The notes under the pieces are model-generated. The model searched no databases and was not told the origin of the DNA. It saw nothing but the letters and a program-made list of their open reading frames with translations. Shown here one piece after another: positions 24,118 through 30,155 of a stretch of 30,155 nucleotides of DNA. The position numbers and the translations under genes are program-made. Source of the DNA: a bacterium (GTDB lineage: Bacteria > UBP7 > UBA6624 > JBBIMK01); assembly GCA_037444445.1 (NCBI GenBank), contig JBBIMK010000024.1, positions 1 through 30,155 on the forward strand. The letters are read 5' to 3'. The first letter of the stretch is position 1. Each line of letters opens with the position of its first letter.

Positions 24118-25048
24118 CCCAGGCAGGTTCCCTGTCTACTACCTGCGGGAACCTCTGAATTAACATCCGGGTAATAGGGCCTGGGGTGCCGTTGCCAATG
24201 GGGTATTGGTCAACCCGGATGACGGGAACAATCTGGGCTCCTGTGCCCGTTAAAAAAACTTCCTGTGAGGCATACACATCCTGGAGTGGGAAAGAAACTT
24301 CTTCCACAGGCACCCCTATTTCAACCGCCAGTTCCATAACACTGCGCCGGGTTACCCCCTCCAGTATTCCTAATTCCACCGGTGGGGTTTTTAGTTTTCC
24401 GTCTTTGATGATGAAGATGTTGTCCGCCGTAGCCTCGGCTACCATTCCGCTGACGGTGAGCATAATGCCCTCCCGAACTCCGCCCTTGTTGGCTTCAAGA
24501 ACGCCACGGATGTTGTTTAAGTAGTTGAGGGATTTTATCCGTCCGTCCAGGCACTCGGGGGGCATACGCCTGGTCTTACATACCACAACGGGAATCCCCT
24601 TTTCATAGGCTTCATCTCCATAGAGGTCGATGTGGTCTACGATGATGATAACGGTGGGTCGGTCGTGGCACTTGTCGGGATTGATTCCGAGGTCTCCTTT
24701 CCCCCGGGTTACGACGGGGCGGATATAGTTATAAACTTTGCGGGAGAAATCGGGTTTATCCGGAGGATAGAGCACCCACTGGCGATTCATCCGAACGGTT
24801 TGCACGACGGCTTGCTCAAAGTCGTATGGGGAAAGCCACTTTTGTAAGGGAATGTCTATGGCGCTTGCTGAGCGATAGAGACGCTGAATGTGGTCGTGTA
24901 AGCGGTAAATCCTCACTTTTTCCTCACCGGGAACGGGGTAAATCCGGATACCCTCAAACACTCCATCGCCGTAGAGAAGCCCATGGTCAAACACCGATAC
25001 CTTCGCCTCTTCTTTGGGGAAGAATTTGCCATTGATATAGACGAACAT
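24110..25048 (-). CDS. ilvE: Branched-chain amino acid aminotransferase (fold-type IV PLP enzyme)
   Basis: NGKFFPKEEAKVSVFDHGLLYGDGVFEGIRIY N-terminal block and EATADNIFI..GKL.TPP...ILEGVTR. AGGAGG lies 5 nt upstream of ATG 25048. Confidence 0.9.
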   Translation of the reverse strand: MFVYINGKFFPKEEAKVSVFDHGLLYGDGVFEGIRIYPVPGEEKVRIYRLHDHIQRLYRSASAIDIPLQKWLSPYDFEQAVVQTVRMNRQWVLYPPDKPDFSRKVYNYIRPVVTRGKGDLGINPDKCHDRPTVIIIVDHIDLYGDEAYEKGIPVVVCKTRRMPPECLDGRIKSLNYLNNIRGVLEANKGGVREGIMLTVSGMVAEATADNIFIIKDGKLKTPPVELGILEGVTRRSVMELAVEIGVPVEEVSFPLQDVYASQEVFLTGTGAQIVPVIRVDQYPIGNGTPGPITRMLIQRFPQVVDREPAWVV

Positions 25049-25063
25049 TTATACCTCCTCCTT

Positions 25064-26197
25064 TTATTTTGTGGGCAAGGGAGCGTGTGGAACAGGGGGT
25101 AGATGGAAGGTGGAATCGGATGGGAAGGGCAAAGGGAGGGAGCCGGGGCGAGGCAAGAGGGCTGGCTCAAAGCCGTATCGGGTGGCTAAAGAGGCTATCT
25201 GCTGGACACGCTGGGGGTGGATGTCTCGCCCGAGAGAGTAATCCTGATAGATGTTTTCCAATGCGAGGAGCATGGTTTCTGCCAGGCAAGCATAAACCAC
25301 CCCATCGGGTAAAGGGAGAGGGAAGGTGGAATGGAAGGCTCCGGGCAGTCGCATTTCGCCGGCATCAAGAACATAGACATCCGAACGCAGTTTGAGCATT
25401 TCATCGGTGACATCATGGGGCAATGCCACATCCAGCAGGATGGCACCGGATTTGACTCTGCGGATGTCCAGGGCATTCCCCCGGGAACTGGTAGCAAAAA
25501 TGAGGACATCTATTTCTGAAACCGGGGCATCTTCCAGGCGGGTATACCCCTGAAGGGTCATCCGGGGATGATTTTTCAGAATTTCTTCCTTTAGAGTATT
25601 CAGTTTTTCCAGCCTTGGGGCGATAAGATAAAGGCAGTGAACTTCGCTGGCAAGAAGGCGACAGCAGGCGCTTCCGATGGAGCCTGTGGCACCCACCACC
25701 CCTACTGATACAGAGGAGAGGGGTCTGCCGAACCCGGCACTCACCCGTCGGAGAGTTTCCACCACGGCGAAGACGGTGAGGCTATTGCCGGTAGTAACAC
25801 CGATTTGAACTCTTCTGGCGAGGGTTACTCCGGCATCGCCTATGACGGAGGTGTAAGCTCCCAATCCGAAGATTCCTGCCCCCCAATTTTCACCCACTCG
25901 GGCGGCTCGTTCCAGTTTCCGATAGGTATGCTCTGGAGGATGGCTCATCATTACATCGGGCGTATCCGGCAACCCTATCAGGAGGCCTTCAATTCGCTTC
26001 TGTCCTTTCTGAAATTCTATCTTGCCGAGGACCATAGGGGGCATATAGGAAGCCACCTTTTCCACCCAGGAGAGGGGTAAAAATTTTGCCCACGCATACT
26101 CTTTTCGCCGGGTGTAATGAGATTTTTCATAGGGGTGAACTGCGAAGATGAACCGCCCGTCTACGGGAGAAAATACCCTTTTATCTACCCGCGCCAC
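25064..26197 (-). CDS. Acyl-ACP reductase (AAR)-like NAD(P)-dependent oxidoreductase (shikimate-DH-type Rossmann fold)
   Basis: From memory of cyanobacterial AAR, the block order matches: GLGAYTSVI, TTGNS.T, VGVVGATGSIGSACCRLL, and the putative catalytic-Cys block VYACLAETMLLALE. The tail ends ..ATRYGFEP, followed by a Pro-rich extension. GTG start at 26197. Confidence 0.6.
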   Translation of the reverse strand: MARVDKRVFSPVDGRFIFAVHPYEKSHYTRRKEYAWAKFLPLSWVEKVASYMPPMVLGKIEFQKGQKRIEGLLIGLPDTPDVMMSHPPEHTYRKLERAARVGENWGAGIFGLGAYTSVIGDAGVTLARRVQIGVTTGNSLTVFAVVETLRRVSAGFGRPLSSVSVGVVGATGSIGSACCRLLASEVHCLYLIAPRLEKLNTLKEEILKNHPRMTLQGYTRLEDAPVSEIDVLIFATSSRGNALDIRRVKSGAILLDVALPHDVTDEMLKLRSDVYVLDAGEMRLPGAFHSTFPLPLPDGVVYACLAETMLLALENIYQDYSLGRDIHPQRVQQIASLATRYGFEPALLPRPGSLPLPFPSDSTFHLPPVPHAPLPTK

Positions 26198-26206
26198 TCT
26201 GAATGT

Positions 26207-26215
26207 ATTATACCA
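26207..26215 (-). promoter_or_regulatory. Extended -10 (TGgTATAAT) 9 nt upstream of the AAR-like gene start
   Basis: The minus strand reads GCGGGTGGTATAATacattcagaGTG. The 12-mer GGGTGGTATAAT is identical to the one upstream of mcsA. Confidence 0.45.
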
Positions 26216-26328
26216 CCCGCCACGCTGAAAAGCATTCCATTCTTACACCCAATTGAGAGGAGGAAATCTGCGGGAGCGCTTTGCGTTCTTCAAGTTTTTG
26301 AGTAAGATAACTGTGGAGGTGCGGGGAT

Positions 26329-26844
26329 GTGGAATTCTGGACGGTGATACAAAAACGGAAGTCCATACGAGTTTTTCAACCTGAAGAAGTGAAGGAGGAG
26401 AAGATACGAGAAATTCTGGAGGCGGTGAATCTGGCTCCTACCGCTGGAAATCTACAACCTTTTCGGGTGTTCGTGGTGCGGGATGAGGGGAAGAGGAAGG
26501 CGCTGATGCGGGCGGCACTGGACCAGGGGTTCATTGCCGAGGCGCCTGTAGTGCTGGTTTTCTTTGCGGTGCCGGAAGAGAGCGAGTGGAAGTATGGGGA
26601 GCGGGGGCGAACCCTGTATTGCATACAGGATGCGACCATCGCTACAGCGTTCGCTCTACTGGGCGCCACGGATGCGGGGCTGGCTTCCTGCTGGGTGGGC
26701 GCCTATGATGATGAGGCAGTTCGCCGAGCCCTCGGGGCACCAAAAAACTGGATTCCCATTTCTATCCTGCCCATTGGCGTTCCCGCAGAAGACCCCGTGA
26801 GACCGGAGAGAAAGCCCCTCTCTCGCCTGATTATCCCGGCGTGA
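26329..26844 (+). CDS. Nitroreductase-family flavoprotein
   Basis: The family signature ..KRKSIR.F.......E.I..IL.A...APTAGNLQP..F.VV.D is present. GTG start with GGAGGTG 7 nt upstream. Confidence 0.88.
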   Translation: MEFWTVIQKRKSIRVFQPEEVKEEKIREILEAVNLAPTAGNLQPFRVFVVRDEGKRKALMRAALDQGFIAEAPVVLVFFAVPEESEWKYGERGRTLYCIQDATIATAFALLGATDAGLASCWVGAYDDEAVRRALGAPKNWIPISILPIGVPAEDPVRPERKPLSRLIIPA

Positions 26845-27694
26845 CCACCCGCAGATAACCGGGTAGACAGCGGATGGTCAGAGGGCACTGGCACCCAAAC
26901 AGGTCACCATCCAGCGCCGCATCCACCGTGGGAGGCTGTTCTACCTGAATTTCTTCCGCTACCATGGTTTGCACCAATGGATGGGAGAGATGCTGCCCTT
27001 TCAACGCTCTGGGGAGGTTGGTGAGAATCTGATACCTGGGACCCTTTTTCAAAAGGAGGAGATGAAATCGTCCATCCCTGGGCGAGGCTTGAGGATGAAC
27101 GGGGATTCCGCCGCCGATATATCCTCCATTTAATATCAGAAACCAGTAGTAGTCTCCTTCCACGAGCCTATGATTCACCCGGAACCGCAAGAAAAAGGGC
27201 TTCAGATGCAGGAAAGTGGTGAAGAAAAGGGCAAGATAGCCACCGGGCAGGTTGGGATAGCGACTGCGGGCTTTAATGACTTCCGAATCAATCCCGAATC
27301 CAAACGAATTGATGAACAGGTGTTCACCTGCTTTACCCACATCTATGCGTGATTCCACGCCTGTTTTCAATAGAGTTATCGCCCGGTTCAGGTTCAGGGG
27401 GATGCCCAGGGAGCGGACGAAATCGTTGCCCTTACCAAACGGAAGGATGCCTAATATGTGGCGATGGGGGATGATATTCACCACCGCATCCCGAATCGTC
27501 CCATCCCCGCCACATATCACCATCAGTCCTTCTGTGCGAGAAAAAATCTCCTGCAGGGCTTTCTTATTCGTGGGTCGCTCAGCCTTCACTTCCGAGTGGG
27601 GAAACAGGCCTGCCATTCGGGCTCGCATGCCCTCCACCATCGCTTCAGGGATGTTGGGGCGAGCCACAAGGCAGATGCTCGTATATTCCATCAT
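26831..27694 (-). CDS. Diacylglycerol-kinase-family lipid kinase (YegS/BmrU/DagK type)
   Basis: ICGGDGTIRDAV and LGILPFGKGNDFVRSLGIP motifs. The start ATG shares one base with the comF stop (TGATG). Confidence 0.85.
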   Translation of the reverse strand: MMEYTSICLVARPNIPEAMVEGMRARMAGLFPHSEVKAERPTNKKALQEIFSRTEGLMVICGGDGTIRDAVVNIIPHRHILGILPFGKGNDFVRSLGIPLNLNRAITLLKTGVESRIDVGKAGEHLFINSFGFGIDSEVIKARSRYPNLPGGYLALFFTTFLHLKPFFLRFRVNHRLVEGDYYWFLILNGGYIGGGIPVHPQASPRDGRFHLLLLKKGPRYQILTNLPRALKGQHLSHPLVQTMVAEEIQVEQPPTVDAALDGDLFGCQCPLTIRCLPGYLRVVTPG

Positions 27695-28425
27695 CAGGGA
27701 TAGGAACGGGCGAGGGTGAGAACCCGAACTTCAGCCGCCTCACCCTCTTCCTTCAGGGTAGAAGCAGCCTCCTGAACTGTGGCGCCCGTGGTATACACAT
27801 CGTCCACTAACAGAATGACTTTTCCCCGAGTGATTCGGGGGGAGCGGGGGGCAAACGCTCCTTTGATGTTTTCTCTCCGCTGTGCCGGGCTTAACCCCAC
27901 CTGGGGCGGGCGGAACTTCGTTCGGATTAACGCCTCCGCCCAGGGGATGTCCAGTAAATACGAAAGTTCATTTGCCAGAATGTCGCACTGGTTAAATCCT
28001 CGGTGGTGCTTGCGCAGGACATCTATGGGAACGGGCACGATGAGGTGGACGCCCTGAAAAAGGCCACGGGTGCGAAAGCGGTGATAGGCGATGTGAGCGA
28101 AATGTCGGCCCAGATATTTATGGCCGATGTATTTGAAAGCAATAATGGCTTCATCCCAGGGCGGTTTGTATAGCGCTACATAAACCGCCAGGGAAAAGGG
28201 CGGGGGCTCCGTAGCGCATTCTATGCATACATCCTCTACGGGAAGCCAGTGCCCGCAAATTCTGCAAGCCGGAGATTTCATGAATTCTATTTGCCTCTCG
28301 CAATTCGGACACAGAGCATCCAGCGTTGCTGTATAACAGCAGGGGCAGTGCGTGAGGGGAAATAGAATCTCCCGAAGGCGGAAGAAATATCTACGGGAGA
28401 GAGCGGATTTTCTGGATGAGCCCAC
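27694..28425 (-). CDS. comF: ComF-family protein (zinc-finger N-terminus + phosphoribosyltransferase domain)
   Basis: Four CxxC pairs (CPCC, CPNC, CRIC, CIEC) and the PRTase motif VILLVDDVYTTGAT. Confidence 0.85.
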   Translation of the reverse strand: MGSSRKSALSRRYFFRLREILFPLTHCPCCYTATLDALCPNCERQIEFMKSPACRICGHWLPVEDVCIECATEPPPFSLAVYVALYKPPWDEAIIAFKYIGHKYLGRHFAHIAYHRFRTRGLFQGVHLIVPVPIDVLRKHHRGFNQCDILANELSYLLDIPWAEALIRTKFRPPQVGLSPAQRRENIKGAFAPRSPRITRGKVILLVDDVYTTGATVQEAASTLKEEGEAAEVRVLTLARSYP

Positions 28426-29824
28426 GGGTGGAATGGCCTGAAATATAAGGGAGGATTACGACCTTCCCCCCATAGGATTCTACGAAACTTTTTCCGACCA
28501 CCTGTTCGGGCGAATAGTCGCCCCCTTTCACGAGGATGTGGGGGCGAAGGTGGCGAATCAATCGTAAGGGGGTAGGTTCGTCAAAGTAAACGATGAAATC
28601 TACGGCTTGCAGGGAGGCAAGGATTTGCCCCCGGGCCTCCTGGGATTGCAGAGGGCGCCCCTTGCCTTTTACCTTCTTCGCCGAGGCGTCGGAATTAACC
28701 CCAACCACCAGCACTTCACCCAGAGAACGGGCTTGCGACAGGAAAGCCACATGCCCGGAGTGGAGCAAATCAAAGACACCATTAGTGAAAACCACAGTCC
28801 CGCCTTTTCTACGCACATCTTTCAGGATGGGAAGTAACTCGGGCAAGGAGAGGATTTTAGAGCGGTTCCCGCGGGCTAATACAAGGATTTCCGCAGGCGT
28901 GGCCACCGCAGTTCCCGGCTTCTGGACCACGATAGCGGCGGCATAATTCGCCAGTTGAACCGCTTCCGCTAAAGATGCGCCCCCGGAAAGAGCCAGCCCC
29001 AGAGCAGACATCACGGTGTCTCCCGCCCCGGTTACATCATACACCTCCCGCTGAGGGACGGGAAAATGACGGGGAGGCCGACGGGCTTCAAATAAAGTCA
29101 TTCCCCCTGAACCCTGGGTAATCAGAAAAGCCCGGCAGTGGAGTTTTTTTCGCAGAATCTCACCCGTTTCTTGCACCTTTTCCTGGGAATCCAGCGAAGT
29201 TCCTGCCATTTCGCCTGCTTCTTTCACATTGGGTGCCATTAAATAGGCTTTCACAAAACGATGGGCATTTCCTGGCTTCGGGTCCACAATCAAACGAACC
29301 TGAGAGAGTTCCGCCAGGCGAACACACTCCTTTCCAATTCCCCGAGCCAACCCTTTGTCGTAGTCTGAAAAAATCCCCGCAGGGGTTTGCTTCAGACAGG
29401 ATTGGAAGCAAGACAGGAGTTTTTTTTGCACGGCAAGGTCTGGTGGAGAAATTTTCTCTTCATCCACACGGAGCAGTTGATGAATACCGGATAAGAAGCG
29501 GGTTTTCACCGTGGTAGGAACATGGGGGTCTTCCACGAGGAAATCTGGAGAGATGCCCTGCCGGGAGAGAAGGAAGCGGAGGCGTTTTCCGGGGGCATCT
29601 CGTCCGATGCGACCAATGAGGAGGGGTATGCCGCCGAGGGCGTGGATATTTTGAGCCACATTCGCCGCTCCACCCGGCGTTTCTCTCACTCCGATGGCTT
29701 TCAATACAGGCACGGGCGCTTCCGGAGAAATCCGCTGAACTTCCCCGCTTACATAACGGTCCAGCATCACATCGCCGCACACCGTTACCCGCTTTCCCTT
29801 TATTCGGTCCAGGAGTTCCCTCAT
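28391..29824 (-). CDS. hldE: Bifunctional D-beta-D-heptose 7-phosphate kinase / D-beta-D-heptose 1-phosphate adenylyltransferase
   Basis: N-terminal ribokinase-like domain (VCGDVMLDRY..G.V.RISPEAPVPV, GGAANVA, DVTGAGDT). C-terminal cytidylyltransferase domain (VFTNGVFDLLHSGHV). 477 aa. Confidence 0.93.
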   Translation of the reverse strand: MRELLDRIKGKRVTVCGDVMLDRYVSGEVQRISPEAPVPVLKAIGVRETPGGAANVAQNIHALGGIPLLIGRIGRDAPGKRLRFLLSRQGISPDFLVEDPHVPTTVKTRFLSGIHQLLRVDEEKISPPDLAVQKKLLSCFQSCLKQTPAGIFSDYDKGLARGIGKECVRLAELSQVRLIVDPKPGNAHRFVKAYLMAPNVKEAGEMAGTSLDSQEKVQETGEILRKKLHCRAFLITQGSGGMTLFEARRPPRHFPVPQREVYDVTGAGDTVMSALGLALSGGASLAEAVQLANYAAAIVVQKPGTAVATPAEILVLARGNRSKILSLPELLPILKDVRRKGGTVVFTNGVFDLLHSGHVAFLSQARSLGEVLVVGVNSDASAKKVKGKGRPLQSQEARGQILASLQAVDFIVYFDEPTPLRLIRHLRPHILVKGGDYSPEQVVGKSFVESYGGKVVILPYISGHSTRGLIQKIRSLP

Positions 29825-29832
29825 CGCCTTTT

Positions 29833-29841
29833 AGTATATCA
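29833..29841 (-). promoter_or_regulatory. Extended -10 (TGaTATACT) 8 nt upstream of the hldE ATG
   Basis: The minus strand reads CTGGGTGATATACTaaaaggcgATG. No SD is seen between the element and the start codon. Confidence 0.4.
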
Positions 29842-29895
29842 CCCAGCAATTCCACCTCAAAATCCCCACCACCACTCTGTAAGGTCTTTCAGGTA

Positions 29896-29904
29896 TGATA
29901 TAAC
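29896..29904 (+). promoter_or_regulatory. Extended -10-like TGaTATAAC upstream of the edge ORF
   Basis: TGATATAAC at 29896..29904, then GAGGAGGG (29912..29919), then ATG 29926. It is divergent from the hldE promoter. Confidence 0.35.
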
Positions 29905-29925
29905 CAGATGCGAGGAGGGCAGAAT

Positions 29926-30155
29926 ATGAAAAATGCCCACCTCAACCCGGCTTACTTCCCCGGGGGAGCAGGCATCCTTTTCAACTTCCATCACATCGCA
30001 GAAAGTCCCGATATAAAAGACATCAGGATGGCGATTTTTTTACCCCCCACTTGCAAAATTTTGCAGGTCGTGGTAGGAGAATTCCCGATGGAAGTCCTCC
30101 CAGAAATTTCTCGCCTCCCCCTCTCCCCCACCCTCCGTGCAGTTATGGGGGCGGG
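29926..30155 (+). CDS. Edge-truncated ORF (76+ codons, no stop before the window end), hypothetical; it reads through the right repeat copy
   Basis: Good start context (extended -10, GAGGAGG SD, ATG). The translation is MKNAHLNPAYFPGGAGILFNFHHIAESPDIKDIRMAIFLPPTCKILQVVVGEFPMEVLPEISRLPLSPTLRAVMGA.. with no recognisable motif. Coding status is uncertain because 30003..30087 is a nucleotide-level repeat. Confidence 0.3.
   Translation, partial: MKNAHLNPAYFPGGAGILFNFHHIAESPDIKDIRMAIFLPPTCKILQVVVGEFPMEVLPEISRLPLSPTLRAVMGA
30003..30087. repeat. Right copy of the inverted repeat (partner 1..71)
   Basis: AAGTCCCGATATAAAAG, then a 12-nt insertion (acatcaggatgg), then CGATTTTTTTACCCCCCACTTGCAAAATTTTGCAGGTCGTGGTAGGAGAATTCCCG. 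The palindrome TGCAAAATTTTGCA lies at 30052..30065. Confidence 0.85.

Noticed and set aside
23386-24174. 262-aa plus-strand ORF, the longest unassigned ORF in the window
   Set aside because: It is entirely antisense to mcsB, mcsA and the 3' end of ilvE, all of which have family motifs. It has no independent signals.
24097-24200. Search for a CtsR operator (GGTCAAA-type heptad direct repeat) upstream of mcsA
   Set aside because: No such heptad was seen on either strand in this interval, so no CtsR box is reported.

Overview
I read both strands. The window looks like ordinary chromosomal DNA from an unidentified bacterium. I saw no rRNA, tRNA, CRISPR array, transposase or phage genes. 24 complete CDSs and one edge-truncated ORF are supported.

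**Plus strand:** a Mop-type [2Fe-2S]/molybdopterin aldehyde oxidoreductase, an orphan OmpR-family response regulator, a 1.18-kaa modular lipoprotein, a lipoprotein with four Ig-like repeats, trmI, a DegT-family sugar aminotransferase, a proteasome-beta-like Ntn hydrolase, a PflX-type radical SAM protein and a nitroreductase.

**Minus strand:** a two-subunit 2-oxoacid:ferredoxin oxidoreductase; ispH; carD-yacL-ispD-ispF; an AAR-like reductase followed by ilvE-mcsA-mcsB-clpC; and hldE-comF-lipid kinase.

**Most worth a second look:**
1. A candidate regulatory module: the orphan response regulator, then helically phased TTTCCACC direct repeats against an extended -10, then a two-gene operon of repeat-built lipoproteins of unknown function.
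2. An IspF protein fused in frame to a complete RNase HI-type domain.
3. A stand-alone proteasome-beta-like protein with Ser in the Thr1 nucleophile position.
4. Near-identical ~70-85 bp inverted repeats, each with a perfect 14-bp palindrome, at the two ends of the window.
5. A recurrent GGGTGnTAnAnT-type extended -10 placed 5-12 nt before start codons. This implies leaderless or very short-leader mRNAs, including a promoter for mcsA-mcsB-clpC that overlaps the ilvE stop codon in a locus without ctsR.

**Limits:** all functional calls come from motif and architecture recognition by eye, with no homology search, HMM or folding program. Start codons are judged from SD or -10 context and several are uncertain. 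Promoter, terminator and operator calls are hypotheses.
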